From contig JAUVHR010000001.1 in the NCBI GenBank assembly GCA_030593165.1, positions 91,025-130,576 on the forward strand: a stretch of DNA of 39,552 bases, given 5' to 3'. The notes under the pieces were generated by a model. The model had not been told where the DNA came from, did not search any database, and saw only the letters and a program-made list of their open reading frames with translations. Shown here in pieces: positions 1-8,277 of the stretch. This DNA is from Candidatus Thorarchaeota archaeon (GTDB taxonomy: Archaea; Asgardarchaeota; Thorarchaeia; Thorarchaeales; Thorarchaeaceae). Every line of letters starts with the position of its first letter. The stretch's first letter is position 1. The position numbers and the translations under genes were made by a program.

Positions 1-1
1 G

Positions 2-1102
2 GAGCGAGAGCGAGGTCTAACTATTGACATCGCATTCTTCAAGTTTTTGACAGATCGTTACTACTACACGATTATCGATGCACCAGGACACAAGGACTTC
101 ATCAAGAACATGATCACAGGCGCATCACAGGCTGATGTTGGTCTGCTTGTCGTGTCCGCAAAGAAGGGTGAGTTTGAGGCTGGTATTGGCCCCGGTGGTC
201 AGACCAAAGAGCATGCTTACCTAGCTTTCACACTTGGTGTCCCATCTCTGATTGTCTGTGTCAACAAGATGGACGACGAGAGCGTCAAGTACAGTGAAGA
301 CAGGTACAATGAAGTCAAGGAGGAGATTGAGGCATTCCTGAAGACCGTTGGTTACAAGACTGCCGGTATTCCGTTCATCCCAACCTCAGCACTTGATGCT
401 GCTAACCTTAAAGAAAAGACCCCTGACCTTACACCATGGTACAATGGTCCTTGCCTTCTTGAGGCACTTGACTTAGTTGAGCTTCCAGAAAAACCGCTTG
501 ACAAGCCACTCAGACTACCAATCAATGATGTCTACTCTATCAAGGGAGTTGGTACCGTACCTGTTGGTCGTGTTGAAACCGGAATCATGAAGACCGGAAT
601 GTCAGTCACTTTCATGCCCCCAAATAAGACCGGAGAGGTCAAGTCCATCGAGATGCACCATGAGATACTTCAACAGGCAATACCTGGTGACAACATCGGA
701 TTCAACATCCGAGGCATCGAAAGGCAGGATCTTGGTCGTGGTGATGTTGCTGGTCCAACTGACAACCCACCGACAGTTGCTGCTGACTACACTGGCCGTG
801 TTATGGTTATTCAGCACCCGACTGCTATCACTGTGGGTTATACACCAGTCGTCCACGCTCACACAGCACAGGTCGCTTGCAGGTTCGATGAGATTCTGGA
901 GAAGTTCGACGAGCGTGGTCAGAAAGTCGCTGAGAATCCTGACTTTGTCAAGAAGGGTGAAAGTATGACTGCCAGACTCGTTCCACTCAAGCCAATGTGT
1001 ATCGAGTCCTTTGCTGAGTTTCCACAACTTGGACGCTTTGCTGTCCGTGACATGGGAATGACCGTGGCTGTTGGTATTGTCCAGAAAGTCACCAAGAGGT
1101 AA
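2..1102 (+). CDS. tuf: Elongation factor 1-alpha (5'-truncated by window edge)
   Basis: Frame open from base 2 (ERERGLTID); DAPGHKDFIKNMITG, NKMD, PVGRVETG, LGRFAVRDMG motifs. Confidence 0.99.
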   Translation, partial: ERERGLTIDIAFFKFLTDRYYYTIIDAPGHKDFIKNMITGASQADVGLLVVSAKKGEFEAGIGPGGQTKEHAYLAFTLGVPSLIVCVNKMDDESVKYSEDRYNEVKEEIEAFLKTVGYKTAGIPFIPTSALDAANLKEKTPDLTPWYNGPCLLEALDLVELPEKPLDKPLRLPINDVYSIKGVGTVPVGRVETGIMKTGMSVTFMPPNKTGEVKSIEMHHEILQQAIPGDNIGFNIRGIERQDLGRGDVAGPTDNPPTVAADYTGRVMVIQHPTAITVGYTPVVHAHTAQVACRFDEILEKFDERGQKVAENPDFVKKGESMTARLVPLKPMCIESFAEFPQLGRFAVRDMGMTVAVGIVQKVTKR

Positions 1103-1113
1103 TCTAGTTCACA

Positions 1114-1151
1114 GAACCGGGTCGCAAGGCCCGCGTTCCTATTCTTTTTTT
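1114..1151 (+). terminator. Hairpin plus T-tract after tuf
   Basis: GAAC-CGGGTC/GCAA loop/GGCCCG-C-GTTC (1114-1138), then T7 at 1145-1151. Confidence 0.75.
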
Positions 1152-1399
1152 GAATCAATCTGCTGAAAAGAAGCTGATTTCTTCAGATTCATTGTTCTCA
1201 GATTATCATCAGGTCTAGTCAAAGAAGCCTGTCATCTTGCGGCGACATTACCACACGAATTTCGACATAATTGACAACCTCAACAAAACTGTACCCACAG
1301 AGTTAACGGTCTTAATAGGTACTGCTTGAATTAGTGTGCATGACCAATCTTCGATTGCGCTTATTTTCACACACATTTGTCGATTCCGAAAAGGAATCG

Positions 1400-1942
1400 A
1401 TGTACGTGGGAGTGGAAAGTGTGCGATTATGGGATCTGGTGAGGGACAAATCGGTTCACCTCATTTTGAAGAAACCTGCTCTCAACGAGCTAGCTGACAG
1501 AAGGGATAAGGTCCTCATCCATTTTTGTGAAGACCTGATTCAATCGGAAACCTTTGACGAATGGCTGGTAGGCGTTGAAATACTAAGTGCACTGGGAACA
1601 TCTGCAGCCATTGAGAGGCTGATAACACTCTATACTCAGACGAATCTGACCGATAGAAGACGAGTAACATATGCACTGGCAAAGGTACTCACCGCAGAGT
1701 GCGTTCATCCCTTCGGTATCATGATACGTGAACTCGCTAAATCTGGACAGCTAGATGTGACAGGCTGGACACTGGTGGCAATAGCAACTCTCAAGCATGT
1801 CTGCAAGAGGTTTGGGGTGAAGGTTGACGATAGATCACTGGATTCAACTACGCATTCAGAGTATCTTGGTCTTTTAGACAGAACGCCTACAATGTCTAAA
1901 GGTAGAAGAAAGACAAGACAGAAGATAGTACAACAAACCTAA
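1400..1942 (+). CDS. Hypothetical protein with HEAT-like helical hairpin (start uncertain, 1334-1400)
   Basis: Long ORF; VEILSALGTSAAIERLITL...RRRVTYALAKV resembles a HEAT/PBS repeat; basic C-terminus. Confidence 0.6.
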   Translation: MYVGVESVRLWDLVRDKSVHLILKKPALNELADRRDKVLIHFCEDLIQSETFDEWLVGVEILSALGTSAAIERLITLYTQTNLTDRRRVTYALAKVLTAECVHPFGIMIRELAKSGQLDVTGWTLVAIATLKHVCKRFGVKVDDRSLDSTTHSEYLGLLDRTPTMSKGRRKTRQKIVQQT

Positions 1943-1947
1943 GAAGA

Positions 1948-2063
1948 TGGCGCTGAGGGAGGGATTCGAACCCTCGTGTGCTTAGCACACCAACTATCAG
2001 CCCGCCTACATTACGCGCCGGCGATTAGCAGGCTGGCTCCTTACCAGGCTAGGAAACCTCAGC
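1948..2063 (-). tRNA. tRNA-Ser(GCT) with 30-nt intron (1996-2025) at 37/38 and encoded CCA
   Basis: Acceptor stem GCTGAGG/CCTCAGC, G73, long variable arm TGTGC-TAA-GCACA, GTTCGAAT T-loop, anticodon at 2029-2027, BHB-like intron boundaries. Confidence 0.95.
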
Positions 2064-2090
2064 TTGAGAATCTGCGGGCCCAAATTTTCT

Positions 2091-2096
2091 CTTAAA
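2091..2096 (-). promoter_or_regulatory. TATA-like box for tRNA-Ser
   Basis: TTTAAG about 28 nt upstream of the tRNA 5' end, preceded by a purine-rich BRE-like stretch. Confidence 0.55.
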
Positions 2097-2381
2097 CCTT
2101 CTCTTCGTGAATCAATAGAGAAGTAAGGTGCAGCAGCCCTTGGTGCTTTGGGTATCCTCTCCCTAAAGAGCTAAAACATTGCATTTTTCAAAACAGGGAC
2201 TTCCAAGGCTCGTTCATTTGTGGAACAGTACTTCATCGAAGCAATGGAATTGTTCTGTTCACTACATCCAAGACACTAATCCGGATTGATTTTTTGGGTT
2301 GGAAAAGAAGACCTACCAAAGATGAAACGCACATTAACCGATTCCGCAACCCTTAATTCCTATTCACAAGAATGGGTTAGA

Positions 2382-2698
2382 TGCGATGGGTAGGGCTGGA
2401 CCGTTTGCCGCGGTCTGTTACCGGTAATGGCAATAACCGGGGCCAGTAACCGACATCGAGGATGAACCGGAACCTCGGTGGGTCCAGTCGCAAGACTATG
2501 ACAAGCAGTCTCCGAAGTCTGTCACGGCCACAGCAGCAGTTGAAGGATTGCTGTGAGTGTGCTTAAACCTTCGAACCGGGTCAGGTCCTGGCGGGAACAG
2601 CCTTAAGATCGAGTGGTGGAGCCTCGGGGGTCGCTGCTTCGAGGAAGGCACTGATCAGCCTGCCGATTACCGACATGCAGAATGAAGGAGCCATCGCA
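2382..2698 (+). ncRNA. ffs: Archaeal SRP (7S) RNA
   Basis: Terminal helix TGCGATGG/CCATCGCA; Alu hairpins 2398-2416 and 2421-2440 with complementary loops (TTGCC/GGCAA) and TGTTA linker; helix 6 CACAGCA/TGCTGTG; helix 8 GGGTCAGGTCC..GGGAACAGCC. Confidence 0.95.
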
Positions 2699-2766
2699 CC
2701 TCATTACCCGCGAATAGTATCGACAATAATACTGAATCTTCTTATCCTCTAGAAACTCGGCCATTA

Positions 2767-4548
2767 CTAGACAAAAGCCCCTGCTGCTCTCTTGATCTGC
2801 GTGATTTCCTCAACGACTTCCAGTTCAGATGGTGTGAGTTCATCCTTGAACTTGGTCCTGATTGCTATGATGTGTCTGTCAGGAAGATCAGTGTAGAGTA
2901 CATCATCTTTCTTCACCTGACGTCCAATTGTGGGTCCTCGAATGGATATTGCTACTTCCATTCCTTCTGTGGCCTCATCAATTGTCACACCCCTATCCTG
3001 AATCTGGAGAAGCTGGCCAACACGACGGCCTTCCGAATTCATCAAACCAACACGTGTTCTCAGAAAACCATGGACCCGGACTCCCACAACTGCAGGATTC
3101 TTCTGTCTGAAGATGTAATCAGGCATAATCTCAAGTTTGGCTGGTCTGATGATTGACCCGAGTGATTCAGCCCTTGCCTGTTCCCTCTTTACAATCAGCC
3201 AGGCATTATACTCGTCATAGAGTCGGTAAATCACCTCATTGAGGAATACCTCAACTCCCTGTTCCGCAGCCAAGTCCTCAATGTCAGCAGCAAACTTGAC
3301 ATTGAATCCGAGCACGACAGCATTGAGCGGGTCAGTATCACCTGCAGCTTGTGCTTCGACTATATCACGTTTCACAATCGGGCCGACATCAGCAACACGT
3401 ACTGGAATCTGGCGGTCCCTGAGGAATTGAGTCACAGCCTCCAAAGAGCCAAGTGTGTCAGTCTTGAGGACAATTCCGGACTTGTCAGTATGAATTCGAA
3501 TTGCCCCAACTTCCTCCCTAATCTTCTCCTTAGTGGCCTCAATCTCCGTAGGATCTGATACCGCATAGACCGGTGCGCCTGCAACGGCACCCTCAAGGTC
3601 GGGAGCAACAATCTTCACACCTGCCGCCGCATGAACTTCGGAAACGTGAATGAACTTCTCTTTCGGGTCTCGAATCTCGTCCAATTCCTTTGGTAGCAGA
3701 AGAGCTCTAATCTTTGCAACCACCACATCATCAAGACCTCCAACTACGATTGTATCGGTCTTCTTCAGAATACCTTCATAGATTATTGTGTCAAGAGTGA
3801 TTCCGAGACCGGTTTCTTCTCGAACTTCCAGCACGGCCCCCTTTGCAGGACCTGACACAACCTTCAATCTCTCTTTCATGAACTGCTGCGTGAGACCGGA
3901 CAGTACCATCAAAAGTTCTCCAATACCCGTGCCTGTTTTGGCACTTGTCGGAACTATTGCAACCTCTTTCTTGAAGTCCTCCACTCTATCGAATCTCTCG
4001 GACTGTATTCCGTTGGCTGAGAGAGCACCAACCAATTCATAGAGCCGTCTGTCAAATTCAGCCTGAGTTGAGGTGCCCTGGGCTTTGATGGCCTGAATCA
4101 AATCCATTCCCTCTTTCTCCCTCCAGCCTGGCACCTTGTCCATCTTGTTTGCAGCAATCAAGAAAGGGGTCTTACCTGACCTGAGAATCTTGAGGCTCTC
4201 ATAGCTCTGAGTCAGAAATCCCTCGTTGATGTCCACGACCAGTATCGCGAAGTCAGCTATTGCACCTCCTCTTCTACGGAGATTCAGGTATGCCTCATGG
4301 CCCGGGGTGTCTATGAAAAGAAGCCCTTCAATGGCCAAATCACTCTGTACACTCTTCAGAAGGTCGCCGCACAGCTTTTGGATTGTTTCAGTTGGGAAGA
4401 ATGACGCACCAATATGCTGGGTAATCCCTGCAGCTTCGCGTTCCTGAACTGCAGTGCCACGCATCTTATCAAGGAGAGAAGTCTTTCCATGATCTATGTG
4501 CCCCAGCACGGTAACAATCGGTGACCGAAGTTTGGTTTCTTGTGTCAT
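2767..4548 (-). CDS. infB: Translation initiation factor aIF5B/IF-2
   Basis: RSPIVTVLGHIDHGKT, ITQHIGA, DTPGHE, NKMD. Confidence 0.99.
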   Translation of the reverse strand: MTQETKLRSPIVTVLGHIDHGKTSLLDKMRGTAVQEREAAGITQHIGASFFPTETIQKLCGDLLKSVQSDLAIEGLLFIDTPGHEAYLNLRRRGGAIADFAILVVDINEGFLTQSYESLKILRSGKTPFLIAANKMDKVPGWREKEGMDLIQAIKAQGTSTQAEFDRRLYELVGALSANGIQSERFDRVEDFKKEVAIVPTSAKTGTGIGELLMVLSGLTQQFMKERLKVVSGPAKGAVLEVREETGLGITLDTIIYEGILKKTDTIVVGGLDDVVVAKIRALLLPKELDEIRDPKEKFIHVSEVHAAAGVKIVAPDLEGAVAGAPVYAVSDPTEIEATKEKIREEVGAIRIHTDKSGIVLKTDTLGSLEAVTQFLRDRQIPVRVADVGPIVKRDIVEAQAAGDTDPLNAVVLGFNVKFAADIEDLAAEQGVEVFLNEVIYRLYDEYNAWLIVKREQARAESLGSIIRPAKLEIMPDYIFRQKNPAVVGVRVHGFLRTRVGLMNSEGRRVGQLLQIQDRGVTIDEATEGMEVAISIRGPTIGRQVKKDDVLYTDLPDRHIIAIRTKFKDELTPSELEVVEEITQIKRAAGAFV

Positions 4549-4710
4549 TGTTTGGCACCCCACAAAGAGTTGCGATTTGGGGTTTGATGATTCTTATGAA
4601 AGTGTCGTTTGGGGTTTGTTATCCCTAGCCCTCGAATCATATCGGGGCTTTCACAAGCCTAAAATAACAGACCAATTCGACAAGCTGTATCACAGACATC
4701 CAACAGTACG

Positions 4711-5382
4711 GTGAAACCAATGGAACATTCACTTGTTATTATCAAGCCCGATGGGGCCTCACGTAGGAGAGTTGGTGCCCTAGTCTTGAAAGCCTTTCTA
4801 GCAAGGGGGTATGATATCAGAGCATTCAAGGAGATGAAGGTTTCAAGGTATTTGGCTGAGATGCACTATGCAATCCACAAGGAAAAGCCATTCTTCTCAT
4901 GGCTCGTGGATTTCATATCTTCTGCTCCAGTCTTGGTCATGATCTTTGAGGCCGAAAATGTAATTGAGGACATACGTACCGCTCTCGGTGTAACCTTCGT
5001 TCAGAAGGCTAATCCTGACTCACTCAGGGGTAAGTATGGCATCTGGGCTGGTGTCAACATTGCCCACGCATCTGATTCTCCCGAAACCGCTGCAAACGAA
5101 ATTGCCCTCTGGGCCAAGGAAGGCGACGTTGTAGAGTCAGATAACGCAAGAACCGCGGCTGAGGCCTACATTGCGAAGCACATCGCAAGTGGTACTGATT
5201 TCACAATGCAGATTCGAGATGTTGTTAAGAATGCCATTGCGAATCTTGATTCCTCTGACAGTGTACTGAAAACTCTCATTGACCTCTTTGGCAGGGATGC
5301 CGAGGGGATTTCCAAGGATGATACAGTAGCACTTGCTAAAGCAGTCCATGACTTTATTCTTGAGGAAATTGAAAAGAAATAG
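4711..5382 (+). CDS. ndk: Nucleoside diphosphate kinase with ~80-aa C-terminal extension
   Basis: IIKPDG, HY..HKEKPFF, SLRGKYG, NIAHASDS catalytic His motif; start at 4711 or 4720. Confidence 0.93.
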   Translation: MKPMEHSLVIIKPDGASRRRVGALVLKAFLARGYDIRAFKEMKVSRYLAEMHYAIHKEKPFFSWLVDFISSAPVLVMIFEAENVIEDIRTALGVTFVQKANPDSLRGKYGIWAGVNIAHASDSPETAANEIALWAKEGDVVESDNARTAAEAYIAKHIASGTDFTMQIRDVVKNAIANLDSSDSVLKTLIDLFGRDAEGISKDDTVALAKAVHDFILEEIEKK

Positions 5383-5384
5383 AA

Positions 5385-5440
5385 TGAGAACGAGGTGGCA
5401 CACGATGCCACCCAGCTTCTCAATGACCCAGAACTGGGTC
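5385..5440. terminator. Two hairpins between convergent ndk and rpl24e
   Basis: TGAGAA..GGTGGCA/TGCCACC..TTCTCA (5385-5422) and GACCCAG-AA-CTGGGTC (5425-5440). Confidence 0.5.
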
Positions 5441-5640
5441 TATCTTCTTGTCTTACCACCTTTCTGGTAAGCAGTACTCCACTTGGTGTCCCTTGGCTTC
5501 ATACTCCGCTTGAGTAATGCTACCTTACATTTGTTGGAACAAAACCATAGAACAGATCCATCCTTGGTTTGCACAAAGGCTGAACCTGTACCTGGTTCAA
5601 TATCATTCCCGCAGAAGATACACTTTTGCGTTCCAACCAT
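5440..5640 (-). CDS. rpl24e: 50S ribosomal protein L24e
   Basis: CIFCGNDIEPGTG...FCSNKC TRASH zinc finger. Confidence 0.97.
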   Translation of the reverse strand: MVGTQKCIFCGNDIEPGTGSAFVQTKDGSVLWFCSNKCKVALLKRSMKPRDTKWSTAYQKGGKTRR

Positions 5641-5641
5641 G

Positions 5642-5872
5642 CTAGCGCCTCCGCATCTTCCGAGCTTCACGCTCTGTTTCTCGTAGTATCAGAATGTCTC
5701 CTTCCCGGACAGGACCTTTCACATTACGTGTGAGAACGCGTCCCTTGTCCCTACCTTCCAGAATCTTGACCCGTACCTGAGTGATTTCGCCAGTAACACC
5801 TGTACGTCCCAAGAGCTGGATTATTTCTGCAGGGATTTCTGGAGATTCTACTTGGTCATCTTTCTTGCTCAT
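5642..5872 (-). CDS. rps28e: 30S ribosomal protein S28e
   Basis: [34 protein letters not shown]. Confidence 0.98.
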   Translation of the reverse strand: MSKKDDQVESPEIPAEIIQLLGRTGVTGEITQVRVKILEGRDKGRVLTRNVKGPVREGDILILRETEREARKMRRR

Positions 5873-5897
5873 TGAAATCCATCACCTGGATGTCTTA

Positions 5898-6269
5898 CTA
5901 TTTTCGCAGACCACTGATTTTCTCGACAATATCGTCGACTAGGTCCTTTGCTTTTCCATCAACTACGATTGCTACTGCAGCAGTAGGCCGTTCGATACCA
6001 GCTGCATTACCGAGGTCTCTCTTGCTCTTCACGAAGATATAGGGGGCCTTTCTGTCATCGCAGAGGCCTGGCAAGAACATGATTATCTCAGGCGGTTCGA
6101 CATCTTCAGCAATTACCACGAGCTTCGCAATACCACGCTCGATACTCTTTGTCGCTTCGTTGATTCCTTTCTTGATTCGACCCGTGTCCTTGGCGATTTC
6201 AAGTGCCTCAAGGGCCTTCTTCTGCAACTCTTCTGTTGCTTCCCATTCCACGAAAGATGGTTTTGGCAT
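5898..6269 (-). CDS. rpl7ae: Ribosomal protein L7Ae
   Basis: KKGINEATKSIERG, AEDVEPPEI; ATG at 6269 preceded by GAGGT SD. Confidence 0.98.
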   Translation of the reverse strand: MPKPSFVEWEATEELQKKALEALEIAKDTGRIKKGINEATKSIERGIAKLVVIAEDVEPPEIIMFLPGLCDDRKAPYIFVKSKRDLGNAAGIERPTAAVAIVVDGKAKDLVDDIVEKISGLRK

Positions 6270-6413
6270 TGTTTCTACCTCTGTTCTTACTTCATCGGTA
6301 TTAGTGAATACAGATTGAGATACACCCACTGCTGGGGTGCACTTCTGCGCCCCTTACGGTGCGTTCTTTTAAGGCTGTCGAACTGTGACCGGTTTTCCAA
6401 CCTGAAGAATCAC

Positions 6414-7406
6414 TCAATAGTTCAAATTAATGAGGGCATGACCAATCTCTTGGTCCGAAACATTGGCGTGTTTCAACACAGAGTACCTTCCTCTCTTCTC
6501 CATGATTCTTAGAGCATGATGAATATTCTCTAGGAACAGATTTCGTGGTATACTCATCTCACCCAGCGATGTTGGCATCCCTCTTTTTCTCATGAACTCG
6601 ATTACACTATTTGCGGAGTGCTTGGAGTATCCTACTTCATTGAGGAAGTGCAAACACAAAGGTGTCGTAAAAGCAACTTGAAGTCCATGAAGATCACAAG
6701 CATCTCGATCCATGGCGTGTGATATCGCGTGTTCAGTTCCTGAGCAGGGCCTTGAGCTACCGAACTGGCTCATTGCCTTCCCACAATCAATTTGAGCCCG
6801 AATAAGCGTTTCAAGATTATCGGTATTCAGTACAGAGTCTAGGGCTTTGCTAACAAACGAGAAAATTCCGTCATCGAACGGTTCGTCAAATTTCTCATGG
6901 CCTAGGCGCCACTCAGCTAGACTGGACGTCTTACAGATTATATCGCCTATCCCCGCGAGCCTGAGTCTCGGTGGTGCCTCAGATACGATGGACAAGTCCC
7001 CCACGACTGCAATCGGACTCTTACATTTCTCCGAATATCTATAACCATTATGACTGACCGATGCAACGTCACTTGCAATTCCATCATGCGATGCAGCAGT
7101 GGGTATGGCCATCCAATCAAGCCCGTTATCTCTAGCAAGCAGTTTGGCAATATCGATACTGCGACCACCACCAAACCCAAGGATGATATCGATATCCGGT
7201 TTGATGCCTTTAGAACCAGCATCATACTGCGAAACCATCAGCCATTCGTCTTTGATTCCCAGTAGTTCGTCCACACTTACTCCGTACCTAGAGTATACCT
7301 GCTCATCAGTGACAATCAGAGGATGTCTATACTCTCCTAGCAAGTCCCCGACTCTTACTATCACACCCTCGCCTATGATAACGGTACGGGGATCTGCTGA
7401 TGACAT
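6414..7406 (-). CDS. egsA: sn-glycerol-1-phosphate dehydrogenase
   Basis: GGGRSIDIAK, PTAASHDGIAS, SSRPCSGTEHAISHA, LHGLQV. Confidence 0.93.
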   Translation of the reverse strand: MSSADPRTVIIGEGVIVRVGDLLGEYRHPLIVTDEQVYSRYGVSVDELLGIKDEWLMVSQYDAGSKGIKPDIDIILGFGGGRSIDIAKLLARDNGLDWMAIPTAASHDGIASDVASVSHNGYRYSEKCKSPIAVVGDLSIVSEAPPRLRLAGIGDIICKTSSLAEWRLGHEKFDEPFDDGIFSFVSKALDSVLNTDNLETLIRAQIDCGKAMSQFGSSRPCSGTEHAISHAMDRDACDLHGLQVAFTTPLCLHFLNEVGYSKHSANSVIEFMRKRGMPTSLGEMSIPRNLFLENIHHALRIMEKRGRYSVLKHANVSDQEIGHALINLNY

Positions 7407-7602
7407 AGTCACTCTACAAAGCGAACTATCTCTCATTGTTAAGCTCTTCCATCACGCGTCAAATACGATGATTCTCCCGTTATATTACGTAGATCATATA
7501 ATGAAAATCAACAGTGCGCCGTGTGAGAAGGAGCGAGTGTTTTCTCGGTAACACTAGACCATATACATCCATTCACAAATGACCCGCATGGAGTCGTGTC
7601 AG

Positions 7603-8100
7603 ATGACCCAGTACGTCAAGGTTGCTCTAATGGGGTCCGGTTTCGCTGGTAAATCAACACTAATCAAACTGCTTACTGATAAGATTGACACTCTCAAGAC
7701 GAACTATCAACCCACAGCTGGAATGGACTGTGGTACTATCACCCTTGACAAAATCACGAAAGTCGTCCTTGTGGAGATGGGCGGCCAGACACATTTTGAG
7801 TTCATGTGGCCTGATTTGTTACGGGGAAGCAAAATGGTGGTTGTAGTAACAGAGAGCACCCCAAAGGCTGTTCTCAAGACACGACAGCTTCTCAGCAAGT
7901 ACAAGGACCAGCTTGCAGGCATGCAGATTATTGCAGTCGCAAACAAGCAAGATATTCCTGGATCCATGAGGCCTGCGTCCGTCCAAGATCTTCTAGGTGT
8001 TCCAACCTACGGAATGGTTGCAGTGGACCCCAAACAACGAGTTCACGGCTATCGACTGATTGTGGAAGGGCTAAAGGGAATGGTCCAAATTGCAGGATAG
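7603..8100 (+). CDS. Small Ras-superfamily (Arf/Rab-like) GTPase
   Basis: G1 GSGFAGKST, G2 PTAG, G3 EMGGQ, G4 NKQD; about 165 aa. Confidence 0.88.
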   Translation: MTQYVKVALMGSGFAGKSTLIKLLTDKIDTLKTNYQPTAGMDCGTITLDKITKVVLVEMGGQTHFEFMWPDLLRGSKMVVVVTESTPKAVLKTRQLLSKYKDQLAGMQIIAVANKQDIPGSMRPASVQDLLGVPTYGMVAVDPKQRVHGYRLIVEGLKGMVQIAG

Positions 8101-8170
8101 ATTTTCTACAATTGAAAACTCCCTAATCCGTTCCCAAATCCTTTTATACATACTACAAAACGGCTCATTC

Positions 8171-8277
8171 ACCTAGGACACGGGCGAGTGAGCTGTCAGT
8201 CCACCAGGGCTTTCTGCGAGTCCGTCCGGGAATAGTGTCTTTTAGGTGAGTCAAAGCCTCCCTGGTAAGGTGAAACA
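8171..8277 (+). promoter_or_regulatory. Long structured 5' leader of the rpoD operon (TATA at 8143-8148)
   Basis: TTTATA box, two long-range complementary pairs, SD AAGGTGA at 8267-8273. Confidence 0.5.

Noticed and set aside
1990-2036. Alternative splicing to tRNA-Ser(TGA)
   Set aside because: Would need a pyrimidine at 37 or lose U33, and has no BHB; the GCT reading fits canonical geometry
2101-2350. Possible sRNA or SECIS-like hairpin (about 2223-2260) between tRNA-Ser and SRP RNA
   Set aside because: Weak irregular stem, no SECIS core, and no in-frame TGA selenoprotein candidate noticed nearby
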